Positions 15,370 through 24,645 of a DNA stretch of 64,000 bases are shown here, piece after piece. The position numbers and the translations under genes were made by a program. The stretch comes from an uncultured Parapedobacter sp. Its GTDB lineage: Bacteria; Bacteroidota; Bacteroidia; Sphingobacteriales; Sphingobacteriaceae. Positions within the stretch are counted from its first letter, which is position 1; the number at the start of each line of letters is the position of its first letter. Where the stretch lies: assembly GCA_964498395.1 (NCBI GenBank), contig CAZCHE010000011.1, forward strand, positions 18,787 to 82,786, given 5' to 3'. The notes under the pieces were generated by a model. The model worked only from the letters and a program-made list of their open reading frames with translations, ran no database searches and was not told the DNA's origin.

Positions 15370-18300
15370 ATGAAACACCTTTTATTCACGATGCTTATCA
15401 TAAGCATTATTTCCATATCATATGGCCAACAGCAAATTTCCGGAACTGTGCGGTCGGCTTCTGAAGACGTACCACTGGAAGGCGCCTCCGTCAAGCTGCC
15501 CAATGGCAGGGAAGTGACCACTGATCGTAACGGAAAATTTTTGCTTGCCGCCCCAGCTGGCAGTTTTTCGCTGATAGTCAGCTATGTCGGATACATCACC
15601 GATACGCTGGCGATAAACCTACCGATAACCGCACCGTTAGTCATTAGTCTGGATCCTTCCACAGAATTTATGCGTGAGGTAGTGGTCTCTACGGGTTACC
15701 AGAGCCTTCCGCGTGAGCGCAGCACCGGTTCGTTTTCACATATCGACAACGAGACATTCAACCAACAGGTCACCACAGATGTTATGAGTCGTTTGGAGGC
15801 AGTAGCGGGGGCGTATGTGGTGGACCGTAGGGGGGAACGGGCAGCCCGTCCGTTGATTCGTGGATTGGGAACATTGAATGGTCCAACTGAACCATTGGTC
15901 ATTCTGGATAACTTTCCCTATGACGGTGATATCAATAATATCAATCCCAATGACGTGGAAGATATCAGTATCCTCAAAGATGCTGCGGCCGCTTCAATAT
16001 GGGGTGCTCGTGCCGCAAACGGTGTAATTGTCATCCGTACTAAGCAGGGCAATTATAATCAATCGTTAAAAATCGGGGTGCAAGCAAATACCACCATCGA
16101 AAATAAGGCTAATCTGGGCTATATCCCCCAAATGTCTTCATCTGATTTCATCGATGTTGAAAGATTTCTCTATCAACACGGATTTTATACTGGAAGAATT
16201 AACCAAAATACCCGGCCAGCACTATCTCCTGTGGTTGAATTGCTCATCAAGCGTGAAGACGCAAACCCTGCGGAGATGGCCGCCATTGACGCCCAAATGG
16301 ATGGCTGGCGTGGGCTGGATGTGCGAAACGATTTCAAGCGGTATGTCTATCAACCATCAGTCAATCAGCAATATGCATTGAGCGTTGAAGGCGGTGCTGA
16401 CCGATTGGCATGGACAGCCACGGCAGGTTTTGACCATAACAAGGACAATCTCGATGGAGGCTACCAACGACTCAATCTGCGGTTGCAAAACCGCTACAAA
16501 CCAGTAGATTGGCTGGAGATTTCTACAGGACTTCGGTATACGTTGAGCCAGACCAAGAGGGGTAGGGAAGGGTTTGGTAATGTCACAGTTATCAATAGCC
16601 TATATCCATATGCTCAATTTGCCGATGAATACGGCAATCCATTGCCACTGACAAAAAATTTGAGGCAGGCGTTTATTGATGAAACAAACGGCGCTGGGCA
16701 GCTGCTTGATTGGAGCTATTACCCACTCGATGATTATAAGCACACCGACAACACCACTGCACTCAGTGACCTATTGGCCACGACCCAGCTAAATTTCAGG
16801 ATTACCCATTGGCTGGGTGCCGAGGTCGAATACCAATATGAACGGCAGGATAACAATGGCAGGGTATTACATGGAATTGGGAGTTTCTTTACACGCGACC
16901 TCATTAACCGTTACTCGCAAATAGACGGTTCGGGCGACGTTCAACGGCATATCCCTGTGGGGGAGATTCTGGACTTGTCAAACAACCAACTGAATTCCCA
17001 CCAAGCTAGGGGCAAACTAAATGTAAACCACGGTTGGGGAAACCACCAAATCACGGCCATAGGGGGCAGCGAAATCCGCCATGCAGGTACCCAGAGCAAT
17101 CGGCATCGCACATATGGGTACAACGATGATATTCTCACGTTTGGCGCGGTCGACTATCTGAACCCTTATCCCCTTTATCATAGCGGATCACCGACATTCA
17201 TTCCGAGGGCGGATGGGTTTGGCAGGCAGACCACCCGCTTTATCTCCATGTTTGCCAATGGAGCCTATGAGTATGATAGCCGATATACGTTATCCATCAG
17301 TGGCAGGCGTGATGCCTCCAACCTGTTCGGGCTGGCAACTAATGACCAGTGGAATCTGTTCTGGTCACTGGGTGGAGCATGGAATGTTTCGAATGAATCT
17401 TTCTATAATGTGTCTTGGCTGCAGAATTTAAGGCTGCGCGCCACGTATGGTAAATCGGGAAATATCGATCCCTCAATGGTGGCAACAACGACCATGGCTT
17501 ATGTAACGATGGATCCATATACCTTAACGCCGTGGGCAAGGTTTGCCAACTATTATAATCCTGACCTAACATGGGAAACCTCCGCCATGACCAATATTGG
17601 GATAGACTTCGGCCTATTTGGTAGAAGGATTAATGGGTCTATTGAATATTACCATAAGAGCGGTACAGACTTATTCGGGAGGGCAGTTGTGGATTACACG
17701 GGAGGTGTGGGGAGAACGATTACCAAAAATGCCAGCAGTATGGTCGGCAACGGGATTGATCTTGAGCTCAATAGCGTCAACATTGATGCAGCAGTGAAGT
17801 GGCAGAGCAATATAAGGTTTAGCCATTATCAAGACAAAGTGACGAGTAACATCCCTGCCACGACAACCGTGAGCTCAATCGTGGCGGCCGATGGCGGTAC
17901 AACTGGAGTACTCGCTGTAGAAGGCAAACCCGTAAATGCGCTTTTTTCATACCGGTGGGCAGGCCTTGACAGCGAAACAGGAGATCCATTGGGTTATCTA
18001 AACGGAGAACTAAGCAACGATTATAACGCATTACGTGGAAACACCCAAACCATTAACGATATAGTTTACCACGGTTCGACCATTCCCACTTGGTTTGGCT
18101 CACTGGGTAATTCAGTTTCCTATAAACAGTTTTCACTCGCCTTCAGCCTAGTTTATAAATTCGGCCACTATTATAGGCGGCCATCTGTAAGATATTGGGA
18201 TTTGTTCAATAACTGGAATTTTGCACACAGTGATTTTTCTAGGCGATGGCAACAGCCCGGTGATGAACTCACCACCAATGTACCTTCAATGGGGTATCCG

Positions 18301-18570
18301 GCCAATAGCTCACGTGACCTTTTCTATACAGGTTCGGAAGTGCTCGTAGAACGTGGTGATCACATCCGTCTACAGTTTTTACAAGTATCTTATAGCTTGC
18401 CTTTCTTTAGAAAGACACGCATTAGCAGCGCTCAAATTTTTTTCAACGCAAACAATGTAGGAGTGCTGTGGCAAGCAAATAAATCGGGATTAGATCCTGA
18501 TTTTGTTGGCTTAAACACATTGGTCGTACCCACATCGTATTCCTTTGGAATACGTTTTAGCATGAATTAA
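15370..18570 (+). CDS. susC: SusC/RagA-family TonB-linked outer membrane protein
   Basis: Signal peptide, carboxypeptidase-regulatory-like domain (ISGTVRSASEDVPLEGASVKL), plug (VVVSTGYQSLPRERSTGSF; NGPTEPLVILDNFPYDGDINNINPNDVEDISILKDAAAASIWGARAANGVIVIRTK), 1066 aa, C-terminal aromatic-rich end. Confidence 0.92.
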   Translation: MKHLLFTMLIISIISISYGQQQISGTVRSASEDVPLEGASVKLPNGREVTTDRNGKFLLAAPAGSFSLIVSYVGYITDTLAINLPITAPLVISLDPSTEFMREVVVSTGYQSLPRERSTGSFSHIDNETFNQQVTTDVMSRLEAVAGAYVVDRRGERAARPLIRGLGTLNGPTEPLVILDNFPYDGDINNINPNDVEDISILKDAAAASIWGARAANGVIVIRTKQGNYNQSLKIGVQANTTIENKANLGYIPQMSSSDFIDVERFLYQHGFYTGRINQNTRPALSPVVELLIKREDANPAEMAAIDAQMDGWRGLDVRNDFKRYVYQPSVNQQYALSVEGGADRLAWTATAGFDHNKDNLDGGYQRLNLRLQNRYKPVDWLEISTGLRYTLSQTKRGREGFGNVTVINSLYPYAQFADEYGNPLPLTKNLRQAFIDETNGAGQLLDWSYYPLDDYKHTDNTTALSDLLATTQLNFRITHWLGAEVEYQYERQDNNGRVLHGIGSFFTRDLINRYSQIDGSGDVQRHIPVGEILDLSNNQLNSHQARGKLNVNHGWGNHQITAIGGSEIRHAGTQSNRHRTYGYNDDILTFGAVDYLNPYPLYHSGSPTFIPRADGFGRQTTRFISMFANGAYEYDSRYTLSISGRRDASNLFGLATNDQWNLFWSLGGAWNVSNESFYNVSWLQNLRLRATYGKSGNIDPSMVATTTMAYVTMDPYTLTPWARFANYYNPDLTWETSAMTNIGIDFGLFGRRINGSIEYYHKSGTDLFGRAVVDYTGGVGRTITKNASSMVGNGIDLELNSVNIDAAVKWQSNIRFSHYQDKVTSNIPATTTVSSIVAADGGTTGVLAVEGKPVNALFSYRWAGLDSETGDPLGYLNGELSNDYNALRGNTQTINDIVYHGSTIPTWFGSLGNSVSYKQFSLAFSLVYKFGHYYRRPSVRYWDLFNNWNFAHSDFSRRWQQPGDELTTNVPSMGYPANSSRDLFYTGSEVLVERGDHIRLQFLQVSYSLPFFRKTRISSAQIFFNANNVGVLWQANKSGLDPDFVGLNTLVVPTSYSFGIRFSMN

Positions 18571-18580
18571 CTAAATCAAA

Positions 18581-19948
18581 ATGAAGCATATCATGTATAT
18601 TAAGAGAATCAAGTTAGTGTTGGTAAGCACTTTTTTATTCGCGGCTTGCAATTCGTTTCTGGAAGAAAAGTCAGATGGAACGCTCGTCATCCCAAGCACG
18701 TTGGCTGATCTGCAAGCGTTGATGGACAACGTTAACCCAAGAAATTCTAGTTTTAGCAGCGCCGGGGAAGCGAGTGGCGACGATTATTACCTAACCCAGG
18801 CAGCTTATCTGTCCTTGGCAGAAGAGCTCAGGCGTATGCATACTTGGCAGCCCGATTTCATTTTTTCATCCACAGGCAACAATGATTGGTTTCTATGTTA
18901 TCAAGCTGTTTACTTTTTTTCATCCGCATTGAAGTCGCTAGAAGATATCCCTAGGGTAGCTAGCAATGCAGCTGAATGGGATAATGTAAAGGGACAAGCC
19001 CTTGCATTACGCGCATTTCGGTATTTGGATGCCGTACTCATTTGGGGACCCGCCTATGATGAAGTGACAGCTGATACAGACCTAGGTATCCCTTTGCGGA
19101 ATACAACAGATTTTAACGCACCTTCCGTGCGGTCAACAATCCGTGAAACCTATACGCAAATTATCGATGACCTGAAACAAAGTATCGCTTTATTACCTGT
19201 TACCAATATTAACGCTGCACGACCAACGAAGGCTATGGCATACGGCCTGTTGGCGAGAACGTACCTTAATATGCGAGATTATGAGGCGGCGGGGCGCTAC
19301 GCAGACTCTTGTTTACAGTTGCATCACACACTAATCAACTACAATACGCTTGAACCTACTGCGGCGTTCCCTTTTCCGAATCCGATGAATGATGAGACAA
19401 TTTTTCACGCGACAGCAACCTCAAATGCTGCAACGATTACCCATGGCCGTGTGTCTGAAACATTTTTTAATCAATATGATGACAATGATTTAAGGAAAGT
19501 AATCTACTTTTCAGAAGATATTGACGGCCTGTACTTTTTCAAGGGAGGTTATACAGGGCGGCAAGCCATGTTTAGTGGTTTGGCTAGTGATGAAATGTTT
19601 TTAATACTTGCGGAATGTTTGGTTAGATTAGGAATGGTAGAAGCAGGAATCAATACGCTAAACACCCTGTTGGAAAGCCGGTGGAAAACGGGAACGTATG
19701 AGGTGATTACTGCGGAGGGTCAGGAACAGGCTTTGGAAATCGTTTTGTTAGAAAGGAGAAAAGAGCTCGTTCGAAGAGGATTGCGCTGGCATGACCTCAA
19801 GCGGCTCAACAAGGAAGGAGCAAACATCGTAATGGAAAGGAATCTAGACAATACCGTGTTTACGTTGCCAGCCGGTGATTTACGGTATGCGCTACCTATA
19901 CCTGAGGATGTGATTGAGCTTTCGGGCATGCCGCAAAACCCGAGATGA
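18581..19948 (+). CDS. susD: RagB/SusD-family nutrient-uptake outer membrane lipoprotein
   Basis: Lipoprotein signal (LFAACNSF), position immediately after SusC, and the RRKELVRRGLRWHDLKR motif typical of SusD-like proteins. Confidence 0.9.
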   Translation: MKHIMYIKRIKLVLVSTFLFAACNSFLEEKSDGTLVIPSTLADLQALMDNVNPRNSSFSSAGEASGDDYYLTQAAYLSLAEELRRMHTWQPDFIFSSTGNNDWFLCYQAVYFFSSALKSLEDIPRVASNAAEWDNVKGQALALRAFRYLDAVLIWGPAYDEVTADTDLGIPLRNTTDFNAPSVRSTIRETYTQIIDDLKQSIALLPVTNINAARPTKAMAYGLLARTYLNMRDYEAAGRYADSCLQLHHTLINYNTLEPTAAFPFPNPMNDETIFHATATSNAATITHGRVSETFFNQYDDNDLRKVIYFSEDIDGLYFFKGGYTGRQAMFSGLASDEMFLILAECLVRLGMVEAGINTLNTLLESRWKTGTYEVITAEGQEQALEIVLLERRKELVRRGLRWHDLKRLNKEGANIVMERNLDNTVFTLPAGDLRYALPIPEDVIELSGMPQNPR

Positions 19949-19959
19949 TCGTTAAAAAA

Positions 19960-19990
19960 GAAGGGTTTATTGAACTTCAATAAACCCTTC
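19960..19990. terminator. Bidirectional hairpin terminator between convergent genes
   Basis: gaagggtttattgaa-c-ttcaataaacccttc is a near-perfect 31-nt palindrome flanked by A6 upstream and TTT downstream. Confidence 0.75.
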
Positions 19991-20012
19991 TTTCAGTTAC
20001 AAACTTGCCTGC

Positions 20013-20318
20013 TTACGGAGTTGCCGCTTTACTTGATGCAATTTCAAATATTTCCTGTTCAGGATGTGCATCGAGAAGCGCCTGCAAATCTTCCTCGGCC
20101 ACGCCTACTATCTGGCATGGTAGATCCTCATCGGGTTCGCATGAATCACTACCTGGTCCTTCTTGCCAGTACATCCTTTCGTTGAACAGGTTTTCATCAT
20201 TTGGCCCTGTATAATGCCACGTAGTCTGAGCGGTAGGTTTAAATGTAAAAGCAAAACCAGCCGTCACTGTGAACAGCCCCAATACGAGGGCCATTGCACT
20301 TAAAAATAATCTGCGCAT
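20013..20318 (-). CDS. Small secreted protein with a conserved Cys pair
   Basis: Signal peptide MRRLFLSAMALVLGLFTVTAGFA followed by ...DSCEPDEDLPCQIV. It resembles a family of small Bacteroidota secreted proteins, from memory only. Confidence 0.45.
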   Translation of the reverse strand: MRRLFLSAMALVLGLFTVTAGFAFTFKPTAQTTWHYTGPNDENLFNERMYWQEGPGSDSCEPDEDLPCQIVGVAEEDLQALLDAHPEQEIFEIASSKAATP

Positions 20319-20451
20319 AACGTTAAATTTAATGCGTTAAAAAAATAGTTGTTTATTAAGCTCGGGCGATTGAACCGGCGCCCGAAAGCCGGCCCGGTGC
20401 TGTTCGGCCTGGCCATGAACATTACCGGAATTTCCAAATGATCGGTTTTTC

Positions 20452-20979
20452 CTATGGTGGCCTCCTTTCTTTAAGCGTGATGAAAAGCATGACAATGGCG
20501 ATCAGCAATAGGAAGCTGTTGATGACTAAAATGCCCGACCATGATAAGCCCTCAAACCAGCCGATACAGGTACAGATGGTAAACCCGAATGCATCGGATA
20601 GCGCTAGCTGGGCATAGCTGGTGTATCCTGCTAATATCGCGGTGGTCAAACCAAGTCCGTAAATCCGGGTTTTCCGATGAAACAACCCGACCAACAAGAG
20701 CAGGCCTGTGAGCAATTGTGCGGAAATGTTCGCCTTGGCGAAGTGTGGTGACCAATCCCCGAAAACGTGTTGGCGTTTGAAGCTCATTTCCGTATCAGCA
20801 TAATTAACCCACGAATGAATTCCTTTCCAAAGAAATAGGGCGGCTAAGGAAAGCAGGGTTGTGTAGAACGCGAACTGGCGCCAACTGATGTAGAAGCCGA
20901 AGCTTATATTTCCCGCTGTAACGGTGACTGCAATTGCCGGTAGTTGACGTTGGTTTGGTATATGCTTTGTTTTCATCAT
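20452..20979 (-). CDS. MauE/DoxX-family redox-associated membrane protein
   Basis: Four to five TM helices plus the CTCIGWFEG motif, equivalent to CGCFG of MauE-like proteins. Confidence 0.6.
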   Translation of the reverse strand: MMKTKHIPNQRQLPAIAVTVTAGNISFGFYISWRQFAFYTTLLSLAALFLWKGIHSWVNYADTEMSFKRQHVFGDWSPHFAKANISAQLLTGLLLLVGLFHRKTRIYGLGLTTAILAGYTSYAQLALSDAFGFTICTCIGWFEGLSWSGILVINSFLLLIAIVMLFITLKERRPP

Positions 20980-21122
20980 AAAAACAAAGGTCGGGAAGAT
21001 GGAGGTCGTGTACCCGCGCCATCTGGCGCAGGTTTGGGAAAACTTAATGAAATGGAAGACAGCCGGACATGCTGCGCTTCGGCAGGTCAGGCGCTAAGTA
21101 GGGCTATATTTTGCGCCCATTT

Positions 21123-21174
21123 ACATTTTTACGTACGAACTTTTGTTTTTGGACAACATTTTTATGTACGAACT
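21123..21174 (+). repeat. 19-bp direct repeat pair
   Basis: acatttttacgtacgaact (21123-21141) and acatttttatgtacgaact (21156-21174), with 1 mismatch and a 33-bp period. Confidence 0.7.
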
Positions 21175-21183
21175 CACGCCCGC

Positions 21184-21275
21184 TTACAGCTTCCGAAGGG
21201 CACGCGTAATTGTGCGCCGCGAAATATTCAGGTAATCCGCTTGCTCCTGCTGGGAGGTGATGACGTGAAGGGGGT
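21184..21275 (-). pseudogene. C-terminal remnant of a Crp/Fnr-family regulator (paralog of 22551..23177)
   Basis: The minus strand reads ...WHPLHVITSQQEQADYLNISRRTITRALRKL*, against RPIRLATSQQEHADYLNISRRTISRAIRQL* at the end of the intact Crp gene. DNA at 21181-21262 aligns by eye at about 80 percent to 22548-22632. Confidence 0.7.
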
Positions 21276-21293
21276 GCCACAAGAATGCCGAAA

Positions 21294-21344
21294 CGTATCT
21301 TTTGTGATACGTTTTTTGATTATTTTCGTATCTTTGCTGATACG
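21294..21344. promoter_or_regulatory. Twin palindromic operator-like sites CGTATC-N6-GATACG
   Basis: Perfect 6-bp inverted arms at 21294-21311 and 21327-21344, 33 bp centre to centre. The second abuts the ATG at 21345. Confidence 0.55.
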
Positions 21345-22541
21345 ATGGAACCATTAATCAATAAATACAGGGCATTACTGCAACAGGTGGAAAAAGGATT
21401 TGTGCGTAGCCTGGCCAAGAAAATCAATTGGGGTGCACGTGCCATTTGCATTGAAGGGGCGCGGGGTACCGGCAAATCGACCTTGATGCTACAGCACATC
21501 AAGGCGAATTTGCCAGTGGACCAGACGCTTTACCTATCGGCAGACGACCTGTATTTCAAGCAGCATACGCTGACGGAAGTCGCCGAACGTTTCCATCAAC
21601 AGGGGGGCAAGCATTTGTTTTTGGATGAGGTGCATAAATATGCCGATTGGCAACGGGAAGTCAAGAACCTCTATGATTTTTACCCGAAGCTGCAAGTGGT
21701 CGTATCCGGATCCTCCATACTGGCTTTGCAGCGGTCAGAAGCAGACCTCAGCCGGCGATTGTTGCGGTATCACCTGCCGGAGCTTTCCCTACGCGAATTC
21801 ATCGCCTTGAAAGATGGCGTAACATTGCCCGTTTATCCGCTCAACGATGTGCTGGAAAGGCACACGCAACTAGTGGATGAACTGAAAGGAGCCTTGCCGT
21901 CACCCCTGAAATCGTTTCAGGAGTACAACAAGTTGGGTGCCTATCCGTTTTTCTTGGAAGGCGAAGATGAATACCTCGTACGCATCAACCAATTGATCAA
22001 TGTCATCATCGATTACGACCTGCCCGAGGCCAAAGCCATCGAACCGGGTACGCAAGCCAAGTTGAAAAAGCTGCTTTATATCCTCTCCACGGCCGTGCCG
22101 TTTACACCTAATATCGCCCGGTTGGCCGAACAAGTAGGCACCTCACGGAGCAGGTTGCTGGAAATGCTGGATTTATTGGAAAAGGCCCAACTGATATATA
22201 ACCTGCGTAGTGCCTCTTTTGGCATAAGCCTGATGAACAAGCCAGAAAAAGTGTTCCTGCATAATACCAGCCTCATCATGGCATTGGCTGAGGGCCAACC
22301 CAATAAGGGCAATGTCAGGGAGACCTTTTTCTATGCGCAGTTGGTCGGTGCGGGTCATCGGATTACCTACCCGAAAGCCGGTGATTTTTATGTTGACAAT
22401 CAGTACACGGTCGAAGTGGGGGGCAAAAGCAAAGGAACGAAACAAATCGCTGCGAGTGATGATGCCTACCTCGCCATTGACGATATCGAATATGGTACCG
22501 TACGGAAAGTTCCCTTATGGTTGTTTGGATTCTTGTATTGA
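21345..22541 (+). CDS. AAA-family ATPase with a DUF4143-type C-terminal domain
   Basis: Walker A GARGTGKST, Walker B LFLDEVHKY, and overall AAA_14 + DUF4143 architecture. ATG at 21345 (MEPLINKYR) is preferred over 21285. Confidence 0.75.
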   Translation: MEPLINKYRALLQQVEKGFVRSLAKKINWGARAICIEGARGTGKSTLMLQHIKANLPVDQTLYLSADDLYFKQHTLTEVAERFHQQGGKHLFLDEVHKYADWQREVKNLYDFYPKLQVVVSGSSILALQRSEADLSRRLLRYHLPELSLREFIALKDGVTLPVYPLNDVLERHTQLVDELKGALPSPLKSFQEYNKLGAYPFFLEGEDEYLVRINQLINVIIDYDLPEAKAIEPGTQAKLKKLLYILSTAVPFTPNIARLAEQVGTSRSRLLEMLDLLEKAQLIYNLRSASFGISLMNKPEKVFLHNTSLIMALAEGQPNKGNVRETFFYAQLVGAGHRITYPKAGDFYVDNQYTVEVGGKSKGTKQIAASDDAYLAIDDIEYGTVRKVPLWLFGFLY

Positions 22542-22550
22542 TGCTGACCG

Positions 22551-23177
22551 CTAAAGCTGCCGAATCGCCCTACTGATCGTGCGCCGGGAAATGTTCAGGT
22601 AATCCGCATGCTCCTGTTGGGAGGTAGCCAGGCGGATGGGGCGCATGTATTGGTCTTTCATGAACGCAAGGTAACGCGCCGCCCCATCGCTGATCTGCAT
22701 CAACCTGCTTTTCTCGCGGTATTGCTTCAGCTTCCGCTGCTCCATCACATCCACCAGCGTATCGGCCTCCCGGCAGCTTTCCTTGTAGGCTTTCAGGGCA
22801 TCGGCGGGGATGCGGATCACCGTACTTTTGCGCAAGGCTACCACTTCATAACGCAGTTGCCTATCCGTATACAGGTTGGCCGAGGTGAGGATGGTGTGCC
22901 CGGGCAATACGAAGCGGTCGATGCGGCGGTTGCCGGCCGCATCCCACCATACCCCCGCCAATAGCCCCCTGCACACGAAATACACATGGTTGCCCCGGTC
23001 GCCCGGCTCGAACAGGTGCGTGCCGCGCTTCACGTGGGGCAGTGCCGTGCACCAGTTATGCAGCCACTCGCGGTGCGAACCGTCAAGGGTGCAGTATTGG
23101 CTCCAGTAGCCGAGCAGTTGTCTTTCCATGTGCGGTTTTGTCCAGTTGATGCCCTGAAATATGCTCATAAAAAGCAA
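22551..23177 (-). CDS. Crp/Fnr-family transcriptional regulator
   Basis: cNMP-binding beta-roll (LFEPGDRGNHVYFVCRGLL) plus a C-terminal HTH (SQQEHADYLNISRRTISRAIRQL). Confidence 0.8.
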   Translation of the reverse strand: MLFMSIFQGINWTKPHMERQLLGYWSQYCTLDGSHREWLHNWCTALPHVKRGTHLFEPGDRGNHVYFVCRGLLAGVWWDAAGNRRIDRFVLPGHTILTSANLYTDRQLRYEVVALRKSTVIRIPADALKAYKESCREADTLVDVMEQRKLKQYREKSRLMQISDGAARYLAFMKDQYMRPIRLATSQQEHADYLNISRRTISRAIRQL

Positions 23178-23568
23178 AACGTGAAGAAAGAAGCTATATA
23201 TAGGCTCATGGAAGAGATGAAACGGTATTTTCCTCGGGTAAAATGAGTTTTTCTCTAAAAAATAGTGGAAAAGGGTGTTTTACCCGGGGTATTTGGCTTT
23301 CTATCGTTTAAAAAGACGACCAACGTGATTTTTATCCCAAATTCGGGTAATGATATCAGCAAAGCTTCACTGGCCAGCTTAGAAGTCGGAAGTGCCCGGT
23401 CCGGGTCCGGGTAGATGGTTTTACCTTTTACGAGAATCAGATGGAAATGATACCAATGATGGAACTGCTCGAGACCGTAGTGGAGCAACCACTGTCTTTT
23501 TCGGAACTGATGGCGCAATATGACTGGCCCAAAACCAGCTGTGGCGACGTGTTCCCTTAACTAACCGC

Positions 23569-23600
23569 GGCGGGTAGCAATAGGCTGCCCGCCCTTTTTT
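23569..23600 (+). terminator. Intrinsic terminator or attenuator 18 nt upstream of the acyltransferase-like gene
   Basis: ggcggg (23569-23574) pairs with cccgcc (23588-23593), followed by cttttttc. Confidence 0.45.
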
Positions 23601-23617
23601 CAAACCCATTTATCCAG

Positions 23618-24577
23618 ATGACCATGAATGAATATTCCGCAAATCGCAATCTATTTACCTTCTTCAGCGCTAACCTCCATAAACTGCTTCCGCACATTCC
23701 CTTGGCAGACCATCCCACTTATTTTAAACAAGCGGCCCACTACCAGCGGATGGCCCGCGATAGGCAGCATGACGGATCCATGCTCAAACGCCTTGCAGCC
23801 CAGGGGCTCCCGCCCGGTATGCTGCACGAACCGGGCGTGGTCGCCACCTTCCACCTCGGGGCATTCAAGTTATTGCCGCGATGGCTCATTACCTGCGGGT
23901 TGCCGCTCACGCTCCTGGTATCGGCCGATATCGCCGCCAGGGAATACGATCGTTACCAAGCCATGGCCAAACAGGCCGGCGCAAGTGCGCCGTTGGAAAT
24001 CCTGCGGGCCGACGACCCCGTGGTCATGCGCAAGATGATCCGCGCAGTGCAGCGGGGTAACTGGGTGGTGGCCTTCTTGGATGGTATCGAGGGGATAGGT
24101 CGATCCAGATCGGGCCGCACCAATCTGACCGTGGATTTCCTCGGGCAGCGCCTGCATGTCAAGTCGGGCATGGCCGAACTGGCCCGCTTGGCCAGATGTC
24201 CCATGTACCCACTCGTGCTGCCGTTTGATGAGCGGGCAGGCGAGGTATCCATCGTATCCCACCTGCCGGCAGTGCACTGCGCTACCCATGAGCGGCACGC
24301 GGCCGTACAACAGACCATGCAAGACCTGTATGCATGGCTGGCAGGGTGGGTATACCGGTGCCCCGCGCAATGGGAAAGGTGGTTTTACATCCACCACGAT
24401 CTGGCGCACGATAGCTTGCCGGACCATGGCGCATTGCTGCTGCAATTCCTCCCGCTGATGACGGGCAATCACCGGTTCTTGCTGCACCGCGATACATACG
24501 GCGCGTACCCGGCATCTCCGGGCATCTACCAAAAGTTATGCGACTTTTATGACCGCCGAATGTTAAGAAATGATTAA
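23618..24577 (+). CDS. LPLAT-superfamily (LpxL/HtrB-like) acyltransferase-like protein
   Basis: VVATFHLGAFKLLP resembles the H(X)4(D/E) box region of lauroyl/myristoyl acyltransferases. AFLDGIEG and VDFLGQRLHVKSGMAELARLARCPMYPLV match the family's central and C-terminal blocks. Confidence 0.5.
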   Translation: MTMNEYSANRNLFTFFSANLHKLLPHIPLADHPTYFKQAAHYQRMARDRQHDGSMLKRLAAQGLPPGMLHEPGVVATFHLGAFKLLPRWLITCGLPLTLLVSADIAAREYDRYQAMAKQAGASAPLEILRADDPVVMRKMIRAVQRGNWVVAFLDGIEGIGRSRSGRTNLTVDFLGQRLHVKSGMAELARLARCPMYPLVLPFDERAGEVSIVSHLPAVHCATHERHAAVQQTMQDLYAWLAGWVYRCPAQWERWFYIHHDLAHDSLPDHGALLLQFLPLMTGNHRFLLHRDTYGAYPASPGIYQKLCDFYDRRMLRND

Positions 24578-24645
24578 TTTGCGCTCACTGTATCACATAC
24601 AACTAAACGGGCACACCGCCCACATCTACTGCATACAGCACACCG

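Noticed and set aside
20944-21357. 137-aa plus-strand ORF spanning the MauE upstream region and the Crp remnant
   Set aside because: It crosses the 19-bp repeats and the antisense Crp-tail homology. The homology supports the minus-strand pseudogene reading instead.
23255-23518. 87-aa ORF with HFHLILV resembling an HUH (IS200/RAYT) transposase motif
   Set aside because: It is too short, has no second catalytic motif or Tyr region, and lies antisense to a region with its own plus-strand terminator. The motif match is a single tripeptide pattern.
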